64,000 bases of DNA, from positions 1 through 64,000 of the forward strand of contig DF236988.1 of assembly GCA_000708835.1 (NCBI GenBank), written 5' to 3'. This DNA is from Klebsormidium nitens. Its lineage: Eukaryota > Plantae > Klebsormidiophyceae. A program made the position numbers and the translations under genes. The notes below the pieces were generated by a model, which searched no databases, was not told the DNA's origin, and saw only the letters and a program-made list of their open reading frames with translations. Positions within the stretch are counted from its first letter, which is position 1; every line of letters starts with the position of its first letter. Below are positions 1 through 11,835 of the stretch, one piece after another.

Positions 1-13
1 GTTTGCTCCGGGT

Positions 14-623
14 AGTGCATTTAATGCCGGAACCGCATACATTAGAGAGCATCATGCAAGCTCTCTTGAGGGTTCCCTGTAAGCAAACCAGCTGATGACA
101 TTTCCGGTAGCTCAACTAGCTACCAGTAGTTGGCAAACCATAAACTGCTAATCTTTATCTAATGGGCCGGCCTAGGAAGCACCCTCCTGAGCACCATACG
201 TGCAGGCTTGAGGCACGGTAAATGTCTGTATGGACACTGCATCAAATTGTCCGCGTGCTCTGTAGTTGGTGACGATATCCGTGGTGGTACAAGCAAAAGG
301 GGGATTCAAGCAAAGGTTCTTTTTAGCAGAGGGAGCAGAAGGGGTCGCCGAGCAGCACAGGACTCGATGCCGCCCTCGAAGGCACTTCCTTCCACAAGGG
401 GGCCAGACGTTGTCAAGATTCCAGGAACTAGCAGGCTGGAAAAAACTCTGGCGGGGCAGCTGGGTGGTGTTGGAGTAAAAGCGAGCGTGGCGCCAAGCCT
501 GCAGGGGGCTGATGATCAGCTCAACGGGGCAGGTGTTGGTCTTTGTTTCCTCTCTAGGTCCTTTGTCAAGAGGAAGTGGGATTTGGGTTCGATGGCGGCC
601 CGGGAGGAGCTGAAAGCCTCTAA
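14..623 (+). repeat. Diverged duplicate of 1089-1701 (upstream region plus 5' part of the coiled-coil gene), cut off by the assembly gap
   Basis: Colinear with 1089-1701, with scattered substitutions and a small indel (ttgagg vs tgacttgagg). ORF 208.. matches ORF 1287.. up to REELKAS. Confidence 0.9.
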
Positions 624-643
624 NNNNNNNNNNNNNNNNNNNN
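624..643. other. Assembly gap (20 N)
   Basis: Run of N in the sequence; ORFs crossing it (172..684, 208..864) are artefactual fusions. Confidence 0.99.
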
Positions 644-1445
644 AAGTTTCCAGATCCTTGTCCCCGGATCTCAGAAACTTTCAAAATAATGCGTCTTACT
701 GTCTTACTCTCTTGTACAGACTATCATTGAGGAATCCGTTAGAGGCAAAAATCTCGGGCCCCTCGTCTGTTTTACCCCCTGCGAAAAATGTTAAGAAAAT
801 CCATACCGCGGCCGCACCAAGTCACGCGCGCGTTTTCGTGGACCTGAGCGTGTGCAATTTTTGAAATGACATACATGTGACTCAGCGGAGCCCCGTGAGT
901 ACGTCAACATCATGATAGATTGTGTCACGTGAGTCACATGAACTGACCGTAGACGTGGCAGTTGCATTCCAGAATCTGCTGAGTTGGATCATCACGCTCC
1001 ACAAGATTTTGGTCGGTTGCGATCATGGTACATGTGCAGCCAGCTGGACTCTCACGGGCGTGGGTGGATAACATCTGCTCCCGAATATGTGCATTTAATG
1101 CCGGAACCGCATACGTTAGAGAGCATCATGCAAGCTCTCTTGACTTGAGGGTTCCCTGTAAGCAAACCAGCTGATGACATTTCCGGTAGCTCAACTGGCT
1201 ATCAGTAGTTGGCAAACCATAAACTGCTATTCTTTATCTAATGGGCCGGCCTAGGAAGCACCCTCCTGAGCACCATACGTGCAGGTTTGAGGCACGGTAA
1301 ATGTCTGTATGGACACTGCATCAAATTGTCCGCGTGCTCTGTAGTTGGTGACGATATCCGCGGTGGTTCAGGCAAAAGGGGGATTCAAGCAAAGGTTCTT
1401 TTTAGCAGAGGGAGCAGAAGAGGTCGTCGAGCAGCACAAGACTCG

Positions 1446-2426
1446 ATGCCGCCCTCGAAGGCACTTCCTTCCACAAGGGGGCCAGACGTTGTCATGATTC
1501 CAGGAACTAGCAGGCTGGAAAAAGTTATGGCGGGGCAGCTGGGTGGTGTTGGAGTAAACGTGAGCGTGGCGCCAAGCCTGCAGGGGGCTGATGATCAGGT
1601 CAACGGGGCAGGTGTTGCTCTTTGTCACCTCTCTAGTTCCTTTCTCAAGAGGAAGTGGGATTTGGGTTTGATGTCGGCCCGGGAGGAGCTGAAAGCCTCT
1701 CAGACGGCCCTCTCGACCACGGTTGGGGAAGCAAAGAAGCTGAAAGCTGATAATGAGGCAATATCTGTAGCTGCTAAACGGTGGATGAACAAATACGTAG
1801 AGGCAGATGCAAAAAGGATTGAGACTGCGAATGAGCTGGTGAAACTGGTGGCAGAAACTGAAAAGTTGAGGGGGCAATGTGGTGAACTTGAGGCTGACTC
1901 TAAAAAAATGAAGCGGCGATTGGAGAATGCGGAGGCAAAGTATGAGCAGATGAAGGGGCAGTATGATGTTGTGTCATATGATCTCAAACAGTCGAGGATG
2001 ACATATAAGGATTTGTTAGCCGAATCTGAAAAAATGAAGCTGCAGTTGGAGGGAGTCCGGGCAGACCATGAAACCTCGATGCGTGAGGGTGAAGCTCGGT
2101 TGGAAAAGACCAACGCCTGGATCGGGGCATATAATAATGCGAGGGTAGGCTCTGAAAGGTGGCAGCAACTGTATGAAGCTGAGGTGGCAACCTCAGAGAA
2201 GTTGAGACGGCAAGACGTCGTAAAGGCGATAGATCCTGACGACTTGAGGGGGCAGGTTCGATCCTTGACCACAGAGAATATCAAGCTGAGATCATGGCTT
2301 GCTCATACGCATGAGGAAAAAGAACGCTTCAGAAAGAGCGTCATCGAGTTATCCTCGCCACAGAGTTTCCCGTCGGTGGGAGAGTTTTTGAAGACGGGGG
2401 TCTTGCCGAGCGACGCACTACAGTAG
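1446..2426 (+). CDS. Uncharacterised coiled-coil protein (ORF open from 1287 with a TTG; first plausible ATG at 1446)
   Basis: Open for 379 codons. Long heptad-like K/E/L-rich helical stretch (AETEKLRGQCGELEADSKKMKRRLENAEAKYEQMK...). The duplicate copy keeps the frame. No family recognised. Confidence 0.6.
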   Translation: MPPSKALPSTRGPDVVMIPGTSRLEKVMAGQLGGVGVNVSVAPSLQGADDQVNGAGVALCHLSSSFLKRKWDLGLMSAREELKASQTALSTTVGEAKKLKADNEAISVAAKRWMNKYVEADAKRIETANELVKLVAETEKLRGQCGELEADSKKMKRRLENAEAKYEQMKGQYDVVSYDLKQSRMTYKDLLAESEKMKLQLEGVRADHETSMREGEARLEKTNAWIGAYNNARVGSERWQQLYEAEVATSEKLRRQDVVKAIDPDDLRGQVRSLTTENIKLRSWLAHTHEEKERFRKSVIELSSPQSFPSVGEFLKTGVLPSDALQ

Positions 2427-3412
2427 GGCGATATGGGAACTCCCGAGCTACCGAATGTGGCGATGAGCGAGACGCAGCACGACGTTCGGCGCGCAGGAAA
2501 AGCAGCATGGTTGGCGTCGTACTAAGTTATGATTTGTAGATAATTGGCATTGTGACCAGTTCTGATTTGTAGGTAAAGCAAGACTGTCTAATTGTGTTCA
2601 AAAATTCTTTACTGGCAGTAGCTAAGTTAGTTTGCAGCGCAGTCACGCATAGTTTCGAGCCCTCTAGGAACAAGGCGTGTTGATTTGTTTGGTTTTGCCG
2701 TGTATGTTGCGTCGATAGGATCACGATTGTTGCAATGACATTCGAGATGCCGTGGCACTGAAGTTGCCTGCTTTCTATTGAGATTGTTCATCACTTATTT
2801 GACGCACCATCCGTACCGCATTTAATTTATATTGTGCTTGAGCTAGGACATGCATGCATCAGGATCTGTAGTCAATTTTCAATTCGGGCGTTGGTGATGA
2901 TTCAGAAAGAAGGGGACGGCAATTCTCGCTTTCTGCACCTTTTGAGGTACGCCACAGACATATGGCAGCCCGCAGCAGCATTGGTTGCCTTCATCAAGAA
3001 TCCAATTCGTTATGCAAAACGATGCGTCGGCGGCTCACGGGGCCTAGTCTGGGGGAGGCTTCAAAGGCTACCAAGGCTACGCTAGTCCTCTTGGGTGCGG
3101 GTCCCGGCTGTTGCCTCGAAATATCCGCATAATCAGCTTCGCGGTCGTTTCTTCGTTACTCGTGTAATGCGATCATTCGAGGCTGAAAGGAACGCTTTCG
3201 AGCGTCCACCGCTTCATTTGACACGCCCACGAGGCTCTTATGGGACTTTCAAATATATGATTGATTGATTGACCCCACGCAAGGCTGGCATGCAGACCGC
3301 GATTGACAAAGACGAATGTCTCGATTCGGGTCATGTATATATATCGCTATTGACGAGGGCAGGTTGGGGCGCAAGAAAAGCGCAGCAGCGTGATTGGGGC
3401 CTGATATGACCG

Positions 3413-4324
3413 TTGAACGCTGCTAGACCTGCTGAGAAACAGCACAAGAACGCCATGGCCGCATTGTCTGAAGTTGAGCAGCGGAAGCTGGCCATCGGCC
3501 TGTACGAGTGCGAGCGCTGGCATCATTCCGGGGAGGATCCAGCTCAGGGGAACGCACCAGAGCACGTCAAGGAGGCATGGAGATCACTTGAAAGGGCCAA
3601 GAAACAAGTAGACACGTCTCGCTGGCTGGTGGAAGCTTTCTCTCGTCGCCGTGCGGAGAGGTTTCTTCCGTCCGTCAAGAAGCCTCTTCCCGACGGCGAC
3701 AAGCTCGATGTCCTGGGGGCTGTTTCTGGGCACCTGCGCTGTTCCCCATTGGCCCCTGCAGATGCTGCAGAAATGGTGACCTGGGAGGCGGCTCAAGAAT
3801 TGGTGAAGATGAAGGAGCGCATAGATAGAGACTCATTGGAGCTCGTCGGTATCTATGAACAGATCTGGCACTTGGAGAATACGAGGAAGTTCTGGGAGCA
3901 GTGGGAGTTGGCGCAGGAAGTCTCTGCGGGGCTTGACCAGGTGGCAGCCAATGTCCAAGAGTACCGGCGAGTGCAGAACATATTCAACCAGGAACTCACG
4001 GACTGGAGAAGAGCGCACGCAAAGATGATCAGACCTTGGGACATTTTCGTAAAGCGACTTCCTGCTGCAACGCCCGGGGAATCGTTGGAGGCTCCAAGTG
4101 TCGCAGAGTACATAAAATGGTCCGTGGGAACCCGAGAGTATCGGAGCGATCCCGACAATGCTTGGGCGGTCGGGCATATTGCCTCCACCGAGGTGGCCGG
4201 AGAGGCATGGCGCTCCGCGTACGAGGACGATCCCCAGAAGATGGCGGTCTATGAAGAACGGTTGGCCCAACAAAAGTTTGCAGAGAAGCTGTGGGCGGCC
4301 ACCCGTGGTGGGCGAGGAGAGTGA
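3413..4324 (+). CDS. Uncharacterised helical protein, about 290-303 aa, apparently intronless (first ATG near 3456)
   Basis: 303-codon ORF with protein-like composition and GC-biased third positions; no recognisable motif. Confidence 0.5.
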   Translation: MNAARPAEKQHKNAMAALSEVEQRKLAIGLYECERWHHSGEDPAQGNAPEHVKEAWRSLERAKKQVDTSRWLVEAFSRRRAERFLPSVKKPLPDGDKLDVLGAVSGHLRCSPLAPADAAEMVTWEAAQELVKMKERIDRDSLELVGIYEQIWHLENTRKFWEQWELAQEVSAGLDQVAANVQEYRRVQNIFNQELTDWRRAHAKMIRPWDIFVKRLPAATPGESLEAPSVAEYIKWSVGTREYRSDPDNAWAVGHIASTEVAGEAWRSAYEDDPQKMAVYEERLAQQKFAEKLWAATRGGRGE

Positions 4325-4385
4325 CAGGTGAGCTTGTCTGGCATCAGTTCGTGGACTGCAATGACATCCTCACCGTTCGAGATGT

Positions 4386-4591
4386 TCCTCGTCGGAGTCG
4401 AAGCACCAGCTTGAAGTGAACTCTTTCTGGATGTTCTAGTCTGCCGGCGAGCGGTCGTCCTCCAGCTGCTTGCCAACAAAGACGAGGCGCTGCCGTTCGG
4501 GCGCGATCCCCTCCTTGTCCTGGATGCTCGCCTTGACGTTCTCAATGGTGTCGGACGACTCTACTTTTAGAGTGTTTGCAAAGATCTGCAT
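4386..4591 (-). pseudogene. UBQ: Ubiquitin pseudogene
   Basis: Minus strand reads [58 protein letters not shown], then LVLRLRRG after a frameshift. Compared with ubiquitin: TGKTITL deleted, Tyr59 codon changed to TAG, frameshift near the C-terminus. Confidence 0.92.
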
Positions 4592-5219
4592 CTTTTAAGT
4601 TGCTCGATTGTCTTTCGTGCCTAAGCTGGGACTGTCTTTGGGGTCACTTGCAAGCTCGACAAGCAAGCTCTGCCGAAGTCAGTGGCTGATTCCCATTGCT
4701 TCTTGCAGTTCAGCTGTTGGGCTACGTCAATACATCTCAAGCGGAGACAGCGGGTGGGCGCATGCAAGAGCCGGCGGGTGGCCCTCAAGGGTTTGACGAA
4801 GCGCACCAAAATGGCTAGGTGTTCAGCACGCACAAATCGCTTTTTTCTCCGTCACTGTTTCTGAGAACGACTATGGATGGCAAAAGTGTAATAAACGTGT
4901 ACAGGCAGATTAGAAGCTTAAACTCACAATTATTTGTTGTGAAAGATCAATTCATTCTCTTTTCTATTACACTGATCCTGAACTCCACGAAAGAGACTTC
5001 GTCTGTGCCGGTATTGCTTCTGTAATCTGTTCGTGACATTGGACGCCTATTGGTTGCTGCGGCCATCGGAGACAATGTTGTGCGCCTAGCTTGTTGCTAA
5101 TCAACGGTGAATGAAACATCGATACGGACTTCTACAATGTGTGTGACACGACTATCAAGAATGCGCTTTGCCCAAGTACTCAACTAGGGTTAGTCGGAAG
5201 CAGGACCCAATGTTAGTTA

Positions 5220-5723
5220 CTAGTTCCACGCCACGGCCAGTAATAATAAATGATCCGAGTCGACGTGCTTTCGAACAGAGAAGGTGAACATTCGCCCGTT
5301 CTCAAGCTTGACCTGATAATCACCTCCAATCCTATTGCTGTCGTAGCTCATTCCTGAACGATCCACCAAAAGGCTGTAGCGTGCACTTTCTTTGTTGGCT
5401 GCCAAAATATTAAGTGCTTCCTGGAGGTCGAGACATAGGTCTGCCCTGTATATTTCTCCATTTGGGAGGTCTGCTGCATGCAACCATACTGCCGTGCAGT
5501 TCCAAGAGCGATATGACCTGCTCTGCTCATCTGTGTATCGCCATGGGAGCAGCAATGCCGGGGAGATGCTCAAAACACAGCACAATAACGGGGCTGTAGT
5601 ATGCCGGATAAAGTCTGAATAGTGTGGAAGTTGTTGCCTGCCGGTATCGTCTCTCCAACGCAAAAAAACTTGTTGAGGCATTGCCTGCAGAGGATCAGCA
5701 GGAGGTTCCATGATATGATGCAC
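5220..5723 (-). CDS. Hypothetical protein, 167 aa
   Basis: ATG-initiated ORF in a lower-GC region; no homology recognised. Confidence 0.25.
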   Translation of the reverse strand: MHHIMEPPADPLQAMPQQVFLRWRDDTGRQQLPHYSDFIRHTTAPLLCCVLSISPALLLPWRYTDEQSRSYRSWNCTAVWLHAADLPNGEIYRADLCLDLQEALNILAANKESARYSLLVDRSGMSYDSNRIGGDYQVKLENGRMFTFSVRKHVDSDHLLLLAVAWN

Positions 5724-6001
5724 TTAGATGGAAAACAAGAAAAACTCTTAAACGCAAAACATGAAGACATGCGTGAAAGGAGAACCCTAACCTAAGTGGG
5801 TTTGACGTGAGCATTACATTCAACAAAGAGGCAAGCTCAAGCTGTGAGTACGCGTCTGTGACGTAACGTTATTGTGCCGGCAAGACTGAAGTAAAAGATT
5901 AGAACTTGGCTACATTCTCATACTGGAATCCATCACATTTGTGACGAACGCGAGGCCATCAGAACAGACCCGATACCCGAGAACATCATCGTTTCTACCT
6001 A

Positions 6002-9000
6002 CTACAACTGCAGAAACAGCAGATCTCTTATGTCGGGTGTCCATATGCTACGTCTACATGCTGTCCTGATCGTGTGATCGTCGACTCTACTCAGATCTGC
6101 GTTGTACGCGGTTATCAGTAATGGCAGAAACGTCATCATGTTCTCGAGCGTCGAGAACCATCCGATCGTGGTGAAGCGGTTGAGGAAGCCGTTCACGCTC
6201 TCGCATGCGCTCGTGTTCACATGGGTCAGCAGACCGTAGTAGTGACTGCTGTTCGTGGGGCCGCAGAGATGGTGCTCTCCCTCAGCCTTGCCATAGTGGA
6301 ACTTGTCGATGACGAACCGGACGTTCGAAAAGAACGTGGGCTCCCTCCTGAAGCAGTAGTTCTGATCGGAACAGGAACAGTCGTTGATCAGCACTCGCGG
6401 TAGATCCTTCCGGTTGAAGCGGGTGTACAGCACCGTGAACGGATCCCTCGGGCTCTCTCCCCGCAGCATGATGTGGATGCCGTAGAGTACTCGATGTGGG
6501 CAGCACCACACATAGAGCCCGCGAGTGTGAGGCAGCTTGCTCGGCTTCCCAGATTCGTGCCCCGCACACCGAGCCTCGGCCGTGTTAGACTTCCCGTCCG
6601 GCTCCTCGAATTCCGTGTAAAAGGGCAGCGGCCGCTTCTTCTCCCAGAACGGGTACCAGCACAGGTCCTCCCCGTCCGAAGTGAAAGCCCCCAGCGCCGG
6701 CCCCGTTTCCCCCAGATTCTCCTTGAGCAACTCCCGCTCGGCCTCGCCCAGCAGCTCCGCAGTGTCGGAGAAACGCTCGAGCGCATCCATCGCCCTGTGC
6801 GCCGCCGCCCTTCTCTCGGGATCAGGGGGAGGTGGGTCCGGGTACGCGTCCCACTGTGGGTTCGGGTTCCACCAATGTGGTCGCGGGTCCCACCACCACG
6901 ACGCGTCATGGAAAATCTTCCACGATTCTCCGGTCCACGTGCGATACGCGACGCCCCCCCTCCCATAGATGCTCGCCCTGTATAGCGCCTTCAGCACGCC
7001 CATGAAGAATGACGGCAGCCGTCCCTCGTACGAGTCGAGGAGCCGGCGCAGTATCGGGCTTTCCTCCCCCCAATCCAGCCGATCTTGCTCGGTGACCAAC
7101 TCGCCGAGCAGGATCCGTCTGGCCACCCTGAGGGAGTGTTCCGTCTGCAGGATCTTGCTGTCCTCGTCGTGGCTGTTGAGATCGTACAAGATCTCCTTCC
7201 ACCGCTGGGGGAACTGGCACAGGATCCCGACGTCCCCCGACGGCAAATACAGCCTGCACGTTCCCACGGTACAGCGCTCCCTCAAGGGCCTCTGCGACAT
7301 TTCTGCCTCGGCCTCGATCCCCTCGACCAACCATCGCATCGCATAGTGCCCCTTCTGTGTCAGACCCGGCAGCAGCACATGGTAGTATTCGTGCGCACTC
7401 AGAGGCTCTCCTCTCCTCTCAGGATTGTTCGCTCCCTCATCGGGGTCATGCTGAGCGGACGGCCGATGTTGGCTCAAGCGCGCCAGCAGCGTCCGAAGAG
7501 GGTCCTCGGGCACCACCCGCCTCAACGTGCACAACCCGCCCTGCGAAACGCGTGAGATGCATCAGGTCTCGCATGCGAGAGCGCAGTCGCATTCGGAGTG
7601 GGCACCGTAAAGACGAGCTTTCGATCGTTCGCGACAGAACACGACAGAGCCCGAAACGACCGGGGAAAAATGCATGTGACTCACCGGGCTGACTCCCGAA
7701 TAGTGCACACCCGCCGTCCGCGTCTTCTGAAAGGGCACGCCGTTCAGCTTGTCTGGGTGCGTGAAGCTAGCTCGTCTGTTCTGAGTGGTGGAAGCGATGC
7801 CCGCCTTGCGCTCGCTGCCGTCCTTGTTCGCCAACCCAAAGAGCCCGTCGCAGATCAGATACTTGGGATGAGGCCCGCAGAGGGAACAACAGCGCGGCTC
7901 CTCGTACTTCTGCTTCAGCGCAAAGTAGCCCATTGCAGCTTCTCGCAGCCTCCCCTCATCGAGCCTCTGCGATGGCCCAAACTTTGAGCTCACGCTCTTG
8001 AACACATCGCTCTGTCGGCTGAAGTTGCTACCCGCCTGCACGCGAAAGCGGGCGCTACTCAGAACAGAAGGCAGGGACCGATATGGTACTGCCATATGCC
8101 GAGATGCAGGGGTTCGACGGACTATGCTAATGAGTCAAGAGGGGCGTGGCCAGCCCTTGAGCAAGGAATTGATTAGCTCTGTGAGTACTTGTTGTGGCGT
8201 CTGAGGATAATCTTCATCGACCGCGCCCTCCCCAACGATATCCACGAGCTGTGATCTGGTGAGTGGCTGATGATTCTCATCAAAAAACACAGAGCTGCAA
8301 GCTACTCCTTAGGCACACAGGCCTCCATTAGCACCCATGACCGTTTCTATCACCCTCCAGTAGTCCTGCGGTCTAACGTGCATCGGTACTGATATATCTC
8401 GAATATGAGAAAATCGCACCACGATGCATGCCGCGGTCTTCAGGGCGTCGACAGCTGCTTACCAGATGGCCCGCCAGCAACGTCTCGCAGCACCGCTGGG
8501 TCAGGATGATGCCCCTGCTGTGGGTGTATAACTTCAGGTGCTCGCCATCGAAGTGGACCGTGTGCCTCTTCTCGCAATCGCACGTGTAGTGGTACACCTG
8601 CGTCTTGAGGGTCCACTGCGCGTCGTAGATGGTTACGCCCTTCTCCGGCGTCAGCCTCCACGTCTTGAGACAAGGGGGTGGGGCTTTCGGGCAGGGGGCT
8701 AGGAGTCTTTTTCGGGCGCCCAACTCCTTGAAGTCGGAGTATCCCATCTGGCTCAACCGCAGTGGGTTCCTCAGAGCAGTGATCATGGGGTCATGGACCT
8801 GTTCGTCCGCTCGGAGGACCCTGGGCACCGTCCGCTGCACGCCCTTGGCGAAGAGGCTGAGCACCGAAGCCGACTGCGATGGTCCGCCATCCCCGTGCTC
8901 GCACACCCCCACGCACTCCACGCACACCGGGACCGAACCCTCTTCGAACGCCTCGGCAGGCTGTTCGGCCGTGCTGAACAGGTCCACCTTCGGATGCGCG

Positions 9001-10764
9001 TCGAAGCCCTTGCCCCTCCTGCTGACGTAACCCCGCTCCCCTCGCTCGACGTCCGTCACCGGCGGTCGCTCCGTGCACCGTTTCACGGCCCGTTCGGCAT
9101 CCTCGAGTGCCTCCTCCGACCCCTCCCTGAACTCCAGTCGATCTCGGCACTCGCAGCCCGGCCGACACTCTCGTACGCCGCCCTTGTCCTCCGCCACCGC
9201 CAACCCCCGCACGTGCCGCACGGTCTGCTCGTCGAACTCGCGCGGGGGCGCTTCACGAGGGACCGCAGAGAGCTGGGGCAACCACTCCGAGACACCCCGG
9301 ACTCGCTCCGCTGCGGCTTCGGCCTCGTCTTGCGTGAGTGTCGTGGGACGTACCGGGTGGAACACCCTCGCCTCCTTGAGGGCTTCGCGCACCAGCTGGA
9401 CGTGCTTGCAGTTGCGCGTGCAGCTGCTCTCCCGTTTCCCGCTGCAGAAGAACCGATCTGGACCCGTTTGGATCACGAAGTTCCTGGCGGGGCCCGTGTG
9501 GACGTTCCGTCTGATCGCAAAGACCCTCTCGAGCGGCTGAGCCCGTTCCGGCACCCGGTTCTGAGACTCCAGGGGCTGCGTGGACCGAGGGATCTCCAAG
9601 ACCTCCATGTGCCTCCCCTGGCGGTTGAGCTCGTGGGGAGTCGGGAGGCGGGTGCCGACCGCCCGCGGGGAGAAGGAGACCAGGAAGAGCTTGTGGACAC
9701 ACACGGCCTGCGTGTCCAGTCGTCCCAGGGGACAGCTGCACGCGGGGCGCCCGTTCGGGTCCCAGTAGACCGTAGCAGGCAGGGCCTTCTTCCCGTCGGG
9801 CATTCCGATCGGCCTGAGCGTGCCGCGGCCCTTGGCGTCCCAGTTGGAGCAGTGCAGGACGACGGCCCGCCCGTCCCGGAGCCCCTCGGGCCAGACGAAA
9901 GCCGTCCCGTCCACCACGTACTGGATGAAGCGCTCGGCTTGGAGACGGGAGGGATGGTTGATGCCCTGCCGGCGCACCTGGAAAAAGAGGAGGGCGGGTC
10001 AGAACCGGACGAATGAGCTACTAGGTGAGAAAGGGGCTTGTCTCGAAGGAGCCGGCGGTCCAAGTACCCGACGATGCAAGGAGGATCAACACCAGGGATG
10101 TAAGAGTTTATGAAAAGGTAGACCTCAGAAGGCTAGGCACGACGAGACGACTTGCCATGGCACTGGTGAGTGGGGTCGGGCACTCGCGAGGGCGCACGGG
10201 AGGGAGCAGCTTCGCCTCTCGAGGCCGCTTTCCGACCGGGCCCTTGGCCGGGGGTAGCCTCCGTTTGGTGCACGCCGCGCCGGTGCTCGCCGCCCTCGAC
10301 TCGGAATCCGCCTTCTTGAGCGTGCCAAGCTGCTTCACGTCCAACGCCCACAGCTGTCGCCAAGGACCCATGCCCCCATCCTGGCGGAGGACGGGGGTGT
10401 CACCCAGGCGCAGCTCGCCGCGGTTGACGACGTGAAGCTTGGCTGTGGAATGCTTCGCGACGCAGTCCCAGCACAAGATGGGTGCGAGGGCGCGGCTGGA
10501 TGCGGGGCAGATCATGAAGCCGGGGTATCTGAGGCTGGCTTTCTGCACCAGGCTGAAGGTGCCCACCGGTTCCTTCATGGGCTTGCCCTTCGCGTCCAGG
10601 CACGCCTTCCCGTCTGAGTCCAGCACGGGCCTGGTGTCCTTCACCTTCCACGCGTGGGTGCAGATGGCGCACTTGCCGGTGATGTTGGCGTGCAATGCCA
10701 GCTGCGCGTCCGTCCAGAGGAGCCCCGTATGCAGAGCGTGGCCGGTGTGGTAGCCGTACGCCAT
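6002..10764 (-). mobile_element. KDZ (Kyakuja-Dileera-Zisupton)-family transposase-like gene, about 1337 aa. Exons 10764-10156 (donor uncertain, GC-AG), 9977-8463, 8035-7685, 7540-6002.
   Basis: N-terminal Cys cluster (CAIC...ICPAS...LCWDCVAKH). Two SWIM-type fingers (ACSCPLGRLDTQAVCVH; FFCSG...CTRNCKHV). CxC region (CPKAPPPC...YTCDC...HFDG; CCSLCGPHPKYLICDG). KDZ core motifs GLYVWCCPH, GESPRD, INDCSC, IDKFH, NTSACESVNG. Splice sites join all exons in phase 0 with no stops. Confidence 0.8.
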
Positions 10765-11119
10765 GGTCGCGTCCGTTTCGATCGGCCTGCAGGCAGGGAT
10801 ACGGTTCCTTAAGTATGTATTCGGGGTGGTATGGCTGTCATTGCGCGCAGTCGAAACATGCATCGAGAGTGGTGAAGATAGAACAGACCAGCCAGACGAC
10901 TTAGAGAAGAAGACCGAAGCTGTAGGACAAGGATGAGAGTTTACCTGTAGGCCATCTCGCTGATCGTTTTGAAGAGGTCGTCCGTGAGTAGATACAGTGG
11001 CGAAGCGGCTTTGCATCGTTTGATTCCCCCCGATGCTGCCAGCCGTTGCTGTGAGGCGTCCGCCATGTCGCGTTGGAGGCGCCGTACCTGGAACAATGTC
11101 AAATGAGGTGATCGACGGT

Positions 11120-11760
11120 TGAAGCGAACCCTAATTATGGGAACTCGTGGCAACCACCAGCTCATATCTGAGTGAATTCTCGAGCCCACCTTTGATTTAC
11201 ATGCTAGTTGCTGAGAAACCTTAAAAACAATCCGTGGCCCCATCAGTCATGAGTGCTATGCGCGGCCACCGCCGGGCTACAAATGACACGTACTCAGTCG
11301 CCGATAACCCTAATTCAGACAATTCCGTGTGATTCCGTGTCCCCATCAGCAGTTTTCAAGAATCCTAGTTCGGAAATTCGTGTCCCCATCAGCTCAAAAG
11401 TGTAGTCCGCGCCCACCATCGAGTTAAAAAAAAGTTCATGCTAGTAACCGAAAACCCTAATTCAGAGATATTCGTGTCCCCAGTAGCTTATGGAGTGTAA
11501 TCCGCGCCTACCATCGGGTTGAAAGGTCTCAAGCTCGTTGCCCAAACCCTTATTCAGAGATATCGTGTCACCATCAGCTTATGGATGTTATCCGCGCCCA
11601 CCATCGGGTTAAAAAGTCTCATGCCAGTTGCCGAAAACCCTAATTTAGAGATATTCGTGTCACCGTCAGCCTATGGATGTGATCCGCCTCCACCATGAGT
11701 TAAAAAAGCATCATGCTAGTTGCCGAGAACCCTAATCAAGAGAAATTTGTGTCCACCAAC
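11120..11760. repeat. Tandem array of about 92-bp units (about 7 copies, degenerate at the left)
   Basis: Unit aaccctaattcagagatattcgtgtccccaNcagcttatgga...tccgcgcccaccatcgggttaaaaa...atgctagttgccga starts at about 11361, 11454, 11545, 11637 and 11728, with weaker copies at about 11126, 11217 and 11306. Confidence 0.9.
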
Positions 11761-11835
11761 TTCAGAGCTCTTGGAGGTCACTGCTGAAATTCCACCGCTA
11801 GTCTGAAGACAGAGCAAGAATCTGATGCCAATGCA

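Noticed and set aside
90-195. C/D snoRNA-like TGATGA...CTGA pair (also in the duplicate near 1172)
   Set aside because: The C box lacks the leading purine, there is no terminal stem, and no rRNA-complementary guide was recognised.
874-940. 11-bp inverted repeat catgtgactca / tgagtcacatg containing TGACTCA
   Set aside because: Short, with no target duplication or function; could be chance or a pair of bZIP sites.
5143-5200. Possible inverted copy of the 92-bp unit marking the left end of the KDZ element
   Set aside because: Only two short words match (gtgacacga, tagggtt) and the spacing is wrong.
8793-10016. 407-aa plus-strand ORF and other long antisense ORFs (e.g. 26663-27418, 54251-54946, 31956-32921)
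   Set aside because: They shadow GC-rich exons of genes with clear motifs on the other strand or frame, and their composition is R/P/A-rich with no motifs.
11120-11760. CRISPR-like array
   Set aside because: Whole units are similar and there are no unique spacers; no cas genes; eukaryotic context. It is a minisatellite.
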